The position numbers were made by a program, and so were the translations under genes. Shown here piece after piece: positions 36,265 to 48,808 of a stretch of DNA of 64,000 nucleotides; the stretch's first letter is position 1; every line of letters starts with the position of its first letter. This stretch comes from Malacoraja senta. Lineage: Eukaryota. The stretch spans positions 1,738,001-1,802,000 of the forward strand of contig CM075994.1 of assembly GCA_038087875.1 (NCBI GenBank), given 5' to 3'. The notes under the pieces are model-generated. The model did not search any database and had not been told where the DNA came from. It worked only from the letters and a program-made list of their open reading frames with translations.

Positions 36265-37580
36265 CACTTGCATTTGGATAGCAGTAACAGGATCGGCCCA
36301 AGTCAGCATGGATTTACGAAGGGGAAATCATGCTTGACTAATCTTCTGGATTGTTTGAGGATTTAACAAGTAAAATGGACAAGGGGGAGCCAGTGTATGT
36401 AGTCTATCTGGACTTTCAAAAAGCTTTTGATAAGGTCCCACACAGGAGATTAGTGGGCAAAATTAGTGTACATGGTATTGGGGGGTAGGGTATTGACATG
36501 GATAGAAAATTGGTTGGGAGACAGGAAACAAAGAGTAGGGATTAACGGGTCCTTTTCAGAATGGCAGGCAGTGGGGGTGGCGCAATGCCCGGTGCTGGGA
36601 TCGCAGCTATTTACAATATACATTAATAATTTAGATGAAGGGATTCAAAGTAACATTAGCAAATTTGCAGATGACACAAAGCTGGGTGGCAGTGTGAACT
36701 GTGAGGAGGATGCTATCAGAATGCAGGGTGATTTGGACAGGTTGGGTGAGTGGGCAGATGCACGGCAGATGAAGTTTAATGTGGATAAATGTGAGGTTAT
36801 CCACTTTGGTGGCAAGAACGGGAAGGCAGGTTATTATCTGAATGGTGTCAGGATAGGAAAAGGGGAAGTACATCAGAAAAGGGTGTCCTTGTACATCAGT
36901 CACTGAAAGTAAGCATGCAGGTACAACAGGCAGTGAAAGCTAATGGCATGTTGGCCTTCATAACGAGAGGAGTTGAGTATAGGAGCAAAGAGATCCCTTT
37001 GCAGTTGTACAGAGCCCTGGTGAGACAACACCTGGAGTATTGTGTGCAGTTTTGGTCTCCTAATTTGAGGAAGGACATTCTTGCTATTGACGGAGTGCAG
37101 CGTAGGTTCACGAGGTTAATTCCCGGGATGGCGGGACTGTTATATGATGAAAGAATGGAGCGACTGGGCTTGTATTCAGTGGAATTAAAAAGAATGATAG
37201 GGGATCTTATTGAAACATATAAAATTATTAAGGGGTTGGTCACGCTAGATGCAGGAAACATATTCCTGATGTTGGGGGAGTCCAGAACCAAGGGCCACAG
37301 TATAAGAATAAGGGATGGGCCATTTAGAACTGAGATGAGGAAAAACTTTTTCACACAGAGAGTTGTGAATTTGTGGAATTCTCTGCCTCAGAAGGCGGTG
37401 GAGGTCGATTCACTGGATGCATTCAAAAGAGAGTTAGATAGAGCTCTTAAGGCTAGCGGAATCCAGGGGTATGGGGAGAAGGCATGAACGGGGTACTGAT
37501 TGTGGATGAATGCCGGTGCTGGCTCAAAGGGCCGAATCGCATACTCCTGCACATATTGTCTATGTATCTATGTATCTACG
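36265..37580 (+). mobile_element. CR1-type LINE RT fragment to 3' end
   Basis: ORFs 36466-36906 and 36915-37487 ([36 protein letters not shown]) and a (TCTATGTA)-like tail. Confidence 0.9.
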
Positions 37581-37619
37581 TACAAAGAATTGATTTGAAA
37601 AAAGATTTTTGTGCTGATA

Positions 37620-37625
37620 TTTATT
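37620..37625 (-). terminator. Polyadenylation signal of the transcobalamin-like gene
   Basis: AATAAA about 85 nt downstream of the stop codon. Confidence 0.6.
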
Positions 37626-37708
37626 CAAAGCAAAGAACAATTATTCTGCATAAAGAACAAATCCTTCATCGTGGACTACATCTCTTAGTCTTCATATTAT
37701 TTTCAACT

Positions 37709-37728
37709 TTAATCCCGAACCAAATTAT
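37709..37728 (-). CDS. Transcobalamin/intrinsic-factor-like gene, terminal exon 7 (DNLVRD*)
   Basis: Strong acceptor TTCTTTTGCTTTCAG, phase-1 compatible, followed by a stop and AATAAA. Confidence 0.68.
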
Positions 37729-38467
37729 CTGAAAGCAAAAGAACATCTCAGTTCTGATTTATAATTTACATATTAATAAAGTCCCACTGGACTACCACAA
37801 GGCCACCAACATAATCAAGGATGAGTCTTATTCTGACCACTCCTTCTTCTCCCCTCACCAATCAGGCAAGAAGTACAGAAGTGTGAAAACACCTCCAGAT
37901 TCAGGGACAGTTTCTTCCCAAGCTGTAATCAAACAACTGAACCATCCTATCAACATCTAGACCTCCCATCTGCCTCAATGGAGACCAAACTATCTTTAAT
38001 TGGACTTTACTGGACTTCATCTTGCACTAAACATTATTCCCTTTATCTTGTATCTGTACACTGTTGTCAGCTTGATTGTAATCATGTATGGACTTTCTGC
38101 TGACTGGTTAGCATGCAACAAAAGCTTTTCACTGTACACGTGACGATAACTAAACCAAACTAAAGTAAAAGTCGAAGGATTTTGACATATCAAGGCACAA
38201 AGCAATTAAATGTTCACCTAAATAAAGGGCTATCTATCTATCTATCTAATTTTAGTTTTGTTTAGTTTAGATTAGAGATACAGCATAGAAACACGCTCTT
38301 CGACCCACGACGACCAGTGATCACCCGTTCACTACTCTATCCTACACACTTAGGACAATTTACAGAAGACAATTAACCTAAAGCCTACACGTCTTTGGAG
38401 CGTGGGAGAAAACCAGAGCACCCGGAGAAAACACACGTAGTCACAGGGAGAACGTGCAAACTCCTTA

Positions 38468-38693
38468 AGGGCCGGTCCCACTTTCACGACCTAATTCACG
38501 GCCTTTTTTACTCGTGGACATTTTTCATCATGCTAGAAAAAACGCCCCGACTTACTTGATGCCATGAGTACCTACGACTAGCATCACGGCCTGCTACAAC
38601 CAACCTACGACCTCCTACGACCTCGTGACGACCATGCTGCGAGTATGAGTCAAGGGCAAACTTGGCAGAGGCCGTGAAAGTGGGACAGGCCCT
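38468..38693. mobile_element. PIF/Harbinger-type MITE inserted in a SINE
   Basis: 21-bp TIRs AGGGCCKGTCCCACTTTCACG with TTA TSD (38465-38467 and 38694-38696). Confidence 0.85.
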
Positions 38694-39249
38694 TTACAGA
38701 CGGCGCCCGTAGTCAGGATCAAACCCGGGTCTCTGGCACTCTGGTACCTCTGCGCCTACCTCCGCGAACTGTTGCCCTGCAATGCTGAGAACTATATTCT
38801 GCACATTTATGGTACCAACCTCAACTACCTCATCTGGCAGCTCATTCAATACATCCACCACCCTCTGTGTGAAAAAAGTTGCCCCTCGGGTTCCCATTAA
38901 ATCTTTCCCCTCTCACCACACCCCTATTATTGAATTTTGGCATCAGTAGAGTCATAGAGAGTCATAGAGCATGGAAACAGGCCCTTCGGCCCAACTTGCC
39001 CATGCTGACCAACAACGTACTCAAGTCTCTGGCATAGGATGATGAACCGAGAACATTGTCAGAGGCAAGGATGTTACTATCTGAGCCCTGATCCATTTAT
39101 CCATTTAATCCTTGTACTGAAAAGTTATTTCAAGACGTATGGAATTGAATGCTGTTTGCTGCAAGTGGCTGAGCCATTTAAATTATTTCTAAGCTTAATT
39201 TCAATAATAACTTTCCAAATGTGTCAAGGTTGCTGTTTTGCAGACTCAC

Positions 39250-39433
39250 CCTGATTGGAGTCGCAAGTTTGATTTCCGATTTCCAACATCGAAATTCCCT
39301 CAAAAGTTGGGATGACATGGAAAAGTTTTTTTGGTGCGTTAAATGTTCCTTTAGGGATTTCGATCAGCAATCGTTGCAAGTTGTTTATGCATTTGAAGGG
39401 GCGGAATGGCATCTGATGAGTAACATGCAGAGC
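39250..39433 (-). CDS. Transcobalamin-like gene exon 6
   Basis: 184-nt AG/GT exon: ALHVTHQMPFRPFKCINNLQRLLIEIPKGTFNAPKKLFHVIPTFEGISMLEIGNQTCDSNQ. Aligns to TCN2 ...CLKARVALLASLQDGAFQNALMISQLLP...DC. Confidence 0.85.
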
Positions 39434-40580
39434 CTAGTAATATAAAAGCAAAGACATCCAGAATGATTTTGAGATCAGTTCAATCAACTGTATTTGGTCA
39501 AAGATAGATACACCCGAAGCTGAGCAACTCAGCAGGACAGGCAGCGTCACTGGAGAAAACCAATAGGCAACGTTTCGGGTCAAGACCATTCATCAGTGAG
39601 TGTCAGGGGAGAGGGAATGAAGAGATATGAAAAGCTACATGGAACAAATTAATGAAAGTCATGCAAAAATACAGAAAGCCAGCAACAATGATCAAGGAAA
39701 GGTGGAGCCCACAAAGCCCATAGGAGTCCACAGCAATTTCTTCCATGCAAACCAGCATCTGCAGTTCCTTCCTACATATACTATGTTTGGTTAAAGTTCA
39801 GAAGTGAGTGAATTTGACAGGCAGTGAAGATTTCAAGCTCAGACAGCACCCATGGTCAGGATCAAACCTGGGTCTCTGGCGCTGTGAGTCAGCGGCTCTA
39901 CCAGATGTGCAACTGTGTCTGTAATCCACTATTTTACACTCATCTACTTAATGTATCGAACTCTTGTGCCTATTGTATAGAACATAAAACGTAGAACAAA
40001 CAGCACACCACAAGAACATTCCCTACATCCCACAATGTCTGTGCCGAACTTGCTGCCAAGACCATGCACATAATCCATATCCCTCCATTCCCTACATATC
40101 CATGTGCCTATCCAAAAGCCACTTCAACACCACTATTGTATCTGCCTCCACCAGCACCCCTGGCAGCGCATTCCAGTCACTCACCACCTTCTGTGTAAAA
40201 AAAAGTTGCCCTGCATATCTCCTTTAAACTTTGCCCCGCTCACCTTAAAGCTAATCCCGCAAGTATTTGTTTTTTCCATCCCCGTGAAAAGGTTCTGACT
40301 GTCTACCCTATCTATGCCTCTCATAATTTTAGAAACTTCTATTAGATCTCCCTGCAACCTCCAGCAACCTCTCCCTGTAGATAACACCCCCTAATCGAGA
40401 CAGCATTCTGGTAAACTCTCTCTGCTCACAAACAGTCAACAATCAGGAGGACAGTGAAAGTAGTCGGGGAACTAGATTTGGAGAAAGACGGAGAGAGAGA
40501 GAAAGCAAGGGTTATTGAAGTTAGAGAAAGCAATATTCTACTATTTTGCATTCCTTTTGATGGCTTACAGTGTTTTACCA

Positions 40581-40657
40581 TGTGGCGGCCAAGCGTTCAT
40601 AGCGACATCGCTTTTTGATCCTTCGATGTCGGCTCTTATCATTGTGAAGCAGAATTC
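40581..40657 (+). pseudogene. 28S rRNA fragment (about 77 nt, domain V)
   Basis: TGTGGCGGCCAAGCGTTCATAGCGACATCGCTTTTTGATCCTTCGATGTCGGCTCTT...ATCATTGTGAAGCAGAATTC matches conserved eukaryotic LSU rRNA with one substitution and a 3-nt deletion. Confidence 0.92.
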
Positions 40658-40913
40658 CCCTCAGCCAACAATGAACCATTGTCCATTTCCTTGACCATTG
40701 TCTGCATTGATCTGTCATTTTCACACCTTACATGCTCTTTGTACCTTTCCATATCTCTAGTTTCCCTCTCTCCTAACTCTCAATCTGAAGAAGGGTCTCC
40801 ACCCAAAACATCAACCATTCCTTCTCTCCAGAGTTGCTTCCTGTCCCGCTGAGTTACTCCAGCATTTTGTGTCTATAAACTAACTTTAATCAAGGTTTCC
40901 ATTTGGGACTCAC

Positions 40914-41086
40914 CTGAACAGCAAGGGGAGTGGTGCAGACTGCCCCAAAGAGATTATTCTCCCCCTGATAGCTGAGGATTATAAGAAGCAAGCGCACGAT
41001 GGCCCTTTCAATCCACAGAGGGGTGATCGACTTGAATTGTATGCGATGCAAGCAAGTGAAAGCAAGGACAGTCATGGAGGCAGCAT
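40914..41086 (-). CDS. Transcobalamin-like gene exon 5
   Basis: 173-nt AG/GT exon: NAASMTVLAFTCLHRIQFKSITPLWIERAIVRLLLIILSYQGENNLFGAVCTTPLAVQ. Aligns to TCN2 DTAAMAGLAFTCL...GHFGNVYSTPLALQ. Confidence 0.9.
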
Positions 41087-41279
41087 CTACAACGTAGAGA
41101 GTGAAGACCGACCATTATTGCCATGGCACTATTTTAGTTTATCTCTTTCATTTTAAATGAAAATACACTGGATCGCAAAAACCCTCAAGATCCCACTGGG
41201 CTAACAAGCGATGGTGGGTTGGTCGGCTGTAGAGGGCAGTACTGAGCTGTCTCACGGGCACTCACGCGGCAGTGTTTAG

Positions 41280-41598
41280 TTTTTACCCCCTTTACTTTAT
41301 TTAGAGATAAACAGCGCAGAAACAGGCCCTTCGGCCCATTGAGTCCGTGCCGACCAGCGATCCCTGCGCACTAACACGATCCTACACACACTAGGGACAA
41401 TTTTACAATTTTACCAAAGCCAATTAACCTACAAACCTGTACGTCTTTGGTGCATGGGAGGAAACTGGAGAACCAGGAGAAAACCCACGTAGTCACAGGG
41501 AGAACATTCAAACTCTGTACAGACAGCACTCGTGGTCAGGATCGAACCCGGGTCTCTGGCCCTGTAAGGCAGCAACTCTACCGCTGCGCCACCATGCC
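41280..41598 (-). mobile_element. tRNA-derived SINE (HE1/V-SINE-like); representative of more than 15 copies, e.g. near 12230, 21575, 42360, 45340, 48070, 53570, 54470, 54945 and 57220
   Basis: Pol III A box TGGCGCAGCGG and B box GGGTTCGATCC, shared central body, (CTAAA)n-type tails. Confidence 0.85.
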
Positions 41599-41599
41599 A

Positions 41600-42345
41600 C
41601 CCCCTCTCCAGGTACTTTCCCATGCAACTGCAGGAGATGCAACACGTCCCTCGTCTCCATCAAGGGACCCCAACAGTCCTTTCAGGTGAGGCAGAGGTTC
41701 CTCACTTGCACCATCTCCAACCTCATCTACTATATCTACTTTTCCAGGTATGGACTCCTATACATCGGTGAGACCAAGCACAGGTTTGGCGATCGTATCG
41801 CTGAACACCTTCACTCAGTCCGCCTCGACCTATGTGATCTCCCAGTTGCTAAATACTTTAACTCCCCGTCCAATTCCCACACTGACCTTTCTGTCCTGGG
41901 CCTCCTCCATTGTCAGAGTGAGGGCCAATGCAAATTGGAGGACAGCACCTCACATTTTGCTTGTGTAGCTTACAACCCAGTGGTATGAATATTGATTTTG
42001 CTAACTTCAAGTAACCCTTGCATTCCCTCTCTCTCCGTCCCTTCCCCACACTAGTCTTTGTACTAGTTTCATTGTCGTCCTGGTGAGTTTCATTGTCTGT
42101 ATAACTCGTTATCACCTAGCCCACTGCCAATAGTGGAACTTTGTGGGGTCCACCCTTTCTTGATCATCTTTACTTTCTGCATATCTTTAATTAATTTGTT
42201 CTATATCTCTATATGTCACCTTCTATATCTCTCATTTCCCTTTCCCCTAACTCTCAGTCTGAAGGAGAGTCGCGACCCGAAACATCACCTATTCCAGAGA
42301 TGCTGCCTGACCCGCTGAGTTACTCCGGCTTTATGTGTCTATCTT
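41600..42345 (+). mobile_element. Penelope-like element 3' fragment (GIY-YIG)
   Basis: TCTISNLIYYIYFSRYGLLYIGETKHRFGDRIAEH...PVAKYFN, followed by a degenerate hammerhead motif near 42259. Confidence 0.85.
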
Positions 42346-42933
42346 CCAGTTTAGTTTTTAGTTTAGTTTAGAGAGATACAGTTTGGAAACAGACCCTTAA
42401 GCCCACTGAGTCTGTGCCAACCAGCGATCACCCCATACACTAGTGCTATCCTACACACTTGAGCCAATGTACAGAAGCACACAAGCCAATTAGCCTGCAG
42501 ACCAGCATGTCTTTGGAGTGTTGGTGGAAACCGGAGTACCCGGGGAAAACCCACATGGTCACAGGGAAAATGTGCAAACTCAGCACAGACTGCACCCAAA
42601 GTCAGGATCGACCCGGGTCTCTGGTTCTGTCAGGCAGCAACTCTACCGCTGCGCCATCGTGTGGCGGCAGGCAGTAGAAAGGACAGTTGGGTATTTTGTA
42701 ACTTTGTCGACACCAAAATGTGGCGACACTTGTGTACTCATTGTAGTTTGTAGTACGCATTGTGTAGGTTGTATGCATAATAAAGCATTTCACTGTACCT
42801 AGGTACCCCAGGTACATGTGACAATAAAGCATCATTCATAAAGTATTATTCATTAATTCATTCAGACTGTTTGACTTCCAACTTGTCTGCTAAATCCACA
42901 CATTAGCTTCCAGCCTGGGTAAACCTCACTTAC

Positions 42934-43089
42934 TGATATCGACTGGTGTTATGAATGGGGCCTGCCTTCTCAGAGCCCTATCAATGATGTCCTGCACAAT
43001 GTAAGTTGGGGCATTTTTCTCTTCGAAGCAGAGAACTAGGATTGCTGAAGAGATATGGTAGAAGTCCGTCAGGGGTTGTCCTTTGGTTT
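42934..43089 (-). CDS. Transcobalamin-like gene exon 4
   Basis: 156-nt AG/GT exon: ETKGQPLTDFYHISSAILVLCFEEKNAPTYIVQDIIDRALRRQAPFITPVDI. Aligns to TCN2 GHPHTSYYQYGLGILALC. Confidence 0.88.
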
Positions 43090-46000
43090 CTGTAAGATGG
43101 AAACACAGTGTTTACTAGCAACTTCAGAGGAGTTGTGGACGTAGCCCAGACCATCACGCAAACTAACCTCCCTTCCATTGACTCAATCTACACCATGCTA
43201 CCTCGGCAAAGCTTCCAGCATAATCCAGACAGCATTCTGCATTCTGGTAAACTCTCTTTGCACTCTTTCCAAATCCTCCACATCCTCCCCGTAATGGGGC
43301 AACTAGAACACCACGGATATACAAAGATTGTTACTGATCTGTGGCATTTTATCGAGATGCATCACAGCATGGTTTGGGAACAACTCCATCCAAGATCGCA
43401 AGAAATTGCAGAGCAATTTTCACACAAAGGGTGGTTCCATACATTTCACACAAATGTATGGAACCAACTGCCAGAAGAGGTAGTTGAGGCAGGGACTATC
43501 CCAACATTTAAGAAACAGTTAGACAAGTACATGGATAGGACAGGTTTGGAGGGATGTGGACCAAATGCTGGCAGGTGGGACTAGTGTAGCTGGGACATGT
43601 TGGTGGGTGTGGGCAAGTTGGGCCTAAGGGCCTGTTTCCACATTGTACAACTCTATGACACTCTATGACCTGCGGATGCAGCCCAGACCATCATGCAAGG
43701 CAACCTCCCTCACACTGACTCCGTCTAGACTTCACGCTGCCTCGGCAAGGCCACCAGCATAATCAAGGGCCAGCCTCACCTCTGTCACTCCCTCTTCTCC
43801 CCTCTCCCATCAGGCAAGAGGCAAACGCACACCTCCAGATTTGCAGACAGTTTCTTCCCAGCTGTTATCATGCAACTGAATCATCCCATCACCAACTAGA
43901 GAGAGGTCCTGACCTCCCATTTACCTAATTGGAGACCATCGGACTATCTTTAATCAGACTTTACTGCACTTCATCTTGCACTAAACCTTATTCCCTATAT
44001 CCTGTATCTGTGCACTGTGCATGGCTTGATTGTAATCACGTATAATCTTTCCGCTGACTGGATAGCATGCAACAAAAAGATTTTCACTCTACCTTGGTAC
44101 ACGTGACAACAAACTAAACAAAAATAAATATATGCCTAAGAGACATTCAAGCAACCTGGGGTGTCCACTGGCAAAAGGATGAAATGATCATAATGTACAA
44201 CAACACTGCCTTAGTTTATCAAACGCATCACTGAGGCCATAAGACCATAACACGTAAGAGAAGAATTAAGCGATTCAGCCCATCAAGTCTGCTTTGCCAT
44301 TCTATCATGGCTGGTCTGATCTATTTTTTCTGCCCCACCCCAATGTCCTGCCTTTTCTCCGTAACCTTTGACGTCCTTCCTGACAAAGAATCCCCATTAT
44401 AAAAATACTCAATGATTTGGCCTCCACCGCAATGAATTCCACATGTTCACCACTCTCTGTCTAAAGAGATTCCTCCTCATCTCCATTCTAAAGGTACGTC
44501 CTTTTATTCTGAGGCTGTGCCCTCTGGCCCTGGACTCTCCCACTTGTGGAAGCATCCTCTCCACATCCACTCTAGTTAGGGCTTTCATGAGAAAGTGAAG
44601 TGAAGAGAGATATCAAAGATTTTATCAGGATCTCGATGAACTGAGAAAATGGGCCAAGGAATGGCACTCAGACAACTTACCGGATAGTGAAAGGCCTGGA
44701 TAGAGTGAGGATGTTTCCACTCATGGGAGAATCTAGGACCAGGGGACATAGCCTCAGAATGAAAGCATGTTCCTTTAGATAGGAGATTTATTTAGTCAGA
44801 GAGTGGTGATCCTCTGGAATTCTTTGCCACAGACAGTTGTAGAGGCCATGTCAATGGATATTTTTTAATGTAAAGAATGACATATTCTTGATTAGTAAGG
44901 GTGTCAGGGATTATGGGGAGAAGGCAAGAGAATGGGGTTGAGAGGGAAAGATAGATCAGCCATGATTGAATGGCGGAATAGACTTGATGCGCCAAATGGC
45001 CTAATTCTGCACCTATAACTTATGGACTTATAAAGTGAGTGGTGTTGCATTTTAGTAAGTAAAAGCAGGGCTGCGCTGCAGGCAATTAATGGCATGGCCT
45101 TTAAAATGATTGCATACCGGAGAGACAACGGGGCACAAGTATGTTGTTCCCTGAAAAAGGATTGGTGCAGGTAGGGCTCTGGACAGGGCATAACTGGACT
45201 TTGAGAAAACATTTGAGTAGGAGCCTCACCGTAGAATGGTCTAGGAGTTCACGGGGCAAGGAATCCATGGTGATTTGGTAGGTTGCATCCAATATTGGTT
45301 TTGTCATAGAAGGCAGAGTGTAGAGGTGGAGGGGTGTTTAGTTTAGTTTAGTTTAGAGATACAGCGCGGAAACAGGCCCTTTGTCCCATTGAGTCCACGC
45401 CGACCAGCGATCCCCAAAAACTAACACTATCCTACACACAAGACAATTTACAACTATACCAAGCCAATTAGCCCACAAACCTGCACGTCTTTGGCATGTG
45501 GGAGTCAAACTGGAGCACCCGGCAAAACCCCCCGCGATCACAGGGAGAACGTGCAAACTCTGTACAGACAGCATCCGTAGTCAGGATCGAACCGGGGTCT
45601 CTGGCGCTGTGAGCCAACAACTATGCAGCTGCGCCACTTTGCCGCCCAGAGTTGCTCAAAAATGCAAAACTTTTCTCTGGGTGCTCCGGTTTTTTCTCAC
45701 ATCCTGAAGACGTGCAGATTTGTAAGTTAATTGGCCTTCTGTAAATTGTCCCTTGTGTGTAGGATAGAACTAGTATACGGGTATGGATTGTCGGCGCGGA
45801 CTCGGTCGGCCAAAGGGCTAGTTTCCACGTTGTATCTCTAAACTAAACTAAACCACGTGAATAAGTGGTAAAGAAGGTGTATGGCAGATTTGCCTTCACT
45901 GGTCAGGTGTTGAAAATAAAAGTCGGAAAGTCATGTTGTAGTTGTATAAAATTTTGGTTGGGCCACATTTGGAGTATTGTGTCCAGTTCTGGTTTTGCAT

Positions 46001-46655
46001 TACAGGAAGGATGTGGAGGTGTTGGAGAGAGTGCAGAAGAGGTTCACCAGAATATTTCCTGGAATGGAGTGTCGTAGCAGCAAGGAAAGATAGGACAAAC
46101 TTGGATTGTTTTCTCCGGAGTGTTGAAGGCTAAGGAATGACCTATTAGAAGTACATAACTTACATAGAACTATGAGAGGCATAGATAGGATAGATAGAAT
46201 CCTTTTCCCAGGGTGGAAATATCAAATACTAGAGGACATTGGTTTAAAGTGAGATGGGGAACGTTTAATGAGAATCCACGCCGACCATCGATCGCCTGTT
46301 CACATTAGTCCTCATACACTTCCTACACACCAGGGGTAATTTACAGAGGCCAATTAACGTACAAACTCACACGTCTTTGAACTGCGGGAGGACACCGGAG
46401 CACCCGGAGGAAACCCACGCCATCACAGGAAGAACGTGCAAACTCCACACACAAACACGCACATATATGGGCAGCATCCGAGGTCGGGATCGATCCCGGG
46501 TCTCAGGCGCTGTGAGGCAGCAGCTCTACCCGTCGCGCCACCTCCCCCGCCCTGAATCACACGATGGCTTCAGTAGAAGCTGGAACTGCCAGCCGAGGAT
46601 GTTTCCTTTCGCCAGCCAGTATTCAACCCTCTTCTGGTTGTCTTCCGTAACTTGC

Positions 46656-46805
46656 CTATGTTTCTGATCTCCAGATCCAGCTTGTCTTTGACCAGTTTCA
46701 CTAGGTTCACATGTTTCTGATTGTACGTGATGCTGGCCGGGTTGAGGCAGGCCGACCGGAAAGCCAATGCGTAGCGAACCGTCAGGCCAAAGGGCACATC
46801 CTCTC
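46656..46805 (-). CDS. Transcobalamin-like gene exon 3 (GC donor)
   Basis: 150-nt exon: GEDVPFGLTVRYALAFRSACLNPASITYNQKHVNLVKLVKDKLDLEIRNI, ending AG|GCAAGT. Aligns to TCN2 GQLALYLLALRANC...LVSQLKWFLEDEKRAI. Confidence 0.85.
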
Positions 46806-46865
46806 CTGCAAGCCAAGGATAGCTTAGTTTAGAGATACAGCAAAACACACCCTTCGACCCACTGT

Positions 46866-47575
46866 CAAAGTCAAAGTCAAAGTCAATTTTATTCGTCACA
46901 TGCACCCGAAGGTGCAGTGAAATGAATTTGCCAGCAGCGATACACTTAAAAAGAACACAAATACACAATAAGATTTAACACAAACATCCACCACAGCATT
47001 CTTCACTGTGGTGGAAGGCAACAAAGTTCAGCAGTCCTCCTCCTTTGTTCACCCATGGTCAGGGCCATAAACCCTCCGTAGTTGCCGCTGTGGACTGCCT
47101 GATGTACAGGCCATCTCGTCGGGATGATCCAAACTCCAACGTTAGGACGGTCAAACGCACTCCGCGGCTTGGAGGTCCTGAATTGGCACTTTCCTATCGG
47201 AGACCGCAGCTTTAGGATGTTATAGGCCGCAGGCCGGCGGTCGGAGCTCTTCCCCGGCGATTCCCGGCTAGGGATTCCAGACTCCGGATGGTAAGTCCAC
47301 GCCACGCCCGCCGCTAGAAGATCCGCAGACCACAGCCCCACAATGCCAAAGTCACCAGGCCAGCGATTGGAGCACTCCTCTCTGGCGACTCCCGGCAAGG
47401 GTTCGCCCACTCCGCGATGGAAAAGTCCACGCAGCGCCTGCTGCTGATGATGCTCCGAGCCCGACTCCAGGAAAGGCCGCTCCAAACCAGGCTGTTGGGC
47501 CGCGAGGGAGGCGACATGGAAAAAGTGGTTCCCCCTTTCCCGCCCCCCTCCCACCACCCTCCACACAAGAAGAAG
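46866..47575 (-). mobile_element. GC-rich non-coding retroelement-like repeat (relatives near 520-1110 and 58600-59400)
   Basis: Shared CCTTCCACCACAG...CTGTGGTGGATGTTT hairpin; this copy ends AATAAA plus a (TTGACT)n tail. Confidence 0.6.
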
Positions 47576-48774
47576 ACACACCATCCAGCCATCAACCCTT
47601 CACGCCAGTTCTATATACTATCCCACTTTCACATCCTACACATTAGGGGGCAATTTACAGAAGCCAAATAACCTGCGAACCCGCACGTCTTTGGAGTGTG
47701 TAAGAAAACCAGTGCATCCGGAGAAAACCCACTCGATCACAAGGAGAACGTGCAAACTTCACACATACACAGACAGCACCCGAGGTCAGGATGAAACCTG
47801 AGTGGTGCTGTGTGGCAGGAACTCCACCGCTGCGCCACTGTGCAAGGAGGAATCCTGGAATACTCTTAGAATAAAAGACACAGTGCTGGAGTAACAGTGG
47901 GTCAGGCTACATCTCTGGAATACATGGATAGATGATGTTTCGGGTCAGGACCCTTCTTGATTAGTACGGGTATCAGGGGCTATGGGGAGAAAGCAGGAAA
48001 ATGGGGTTGAGAGGGGAAACATAGATCAGTCATGATTGAGGGGGAGAGGAGTGAAATGGGTGCATCCAGGTTTAGTTTAGAGATACAGCGCAGAAACAGG
48101 CTGTTTGGCCCACTGAGTCTCTGCCGACCAGTGACCCCTATACTGCATTAACACTATCCTACTATCCTACACATTAGGGACAGTTTACAATTGTACCAAG
48201 CCAATTAGTGTACAAACCTGTATGACTTTGGAGTGTGGTAGAAAACCGGAGCACCCGGAGAAAATGCACATAGGTCACGGGGAGCACATGCAAACTCCAT
48301 ACAGACGGCACCCCATAGTCAGGATTGAACCCAGCTCTCTGGTGCTGTAAGGCAGCAACACTACTGTTGAGCCACCGTGCCGCCCATAAGGGGTACAAGG
48401 TGGAGGGGGGGAGGGGGGGGAAGAAGGGAGAGGCAAGAGGGAGGGTTATGTAGTTATCTAACATTGAAGAATTCAATGTTCATATCATTGGGTTGTCGGC
48501 TACCCAAGCGGAATATGAAGTGTCCCTTTCCTATAACAAGCTTGTTGATAGATAGGGCAGTATAAATACTTTTACAAACTCTAGTTTTTGTTTTCCTACC
48601 ATCTGATACCACTGTCTAGTGAATTAATAACTGTCCTTTGTCAGTGTGTGATTAGACACAAGGAAAGCCGTTGAATTTGGTCAGTGGCACAAAGCAGGTA
48701 GTGTTATCAGAAGATACACACGAAAAACTGGAGTGACTAGGTGGGTCAGGCAGCATCTCTGTAGAAAAGGAATG

Positions 48775-48808
48775 GGTGACGTTTCGGGTCAAGACCCTTC
48801 TTCAGACT
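48775..48808 (-). ncRNA. Minimal hammerhead ribozyme motif within a Penelope fragment (about 48715-49115)
   Basis: AGT-CTGAAGA-A-GGGT CTTG ACCC-GAAA-CG-TC-ACC on the minus strand. Confidence 0.58.

Noticed and set aside
40581..40657. Functional rRNA gene
   Set aside because: Only about 77 nt with mutations, inside an intron, with no flanking rDNA.
41540..41598. tRNA-like A/B boxes here and at many other sites
   Set aside because: These are SINE heads continuing into a shared SINE body, with no complete cloverleaf.
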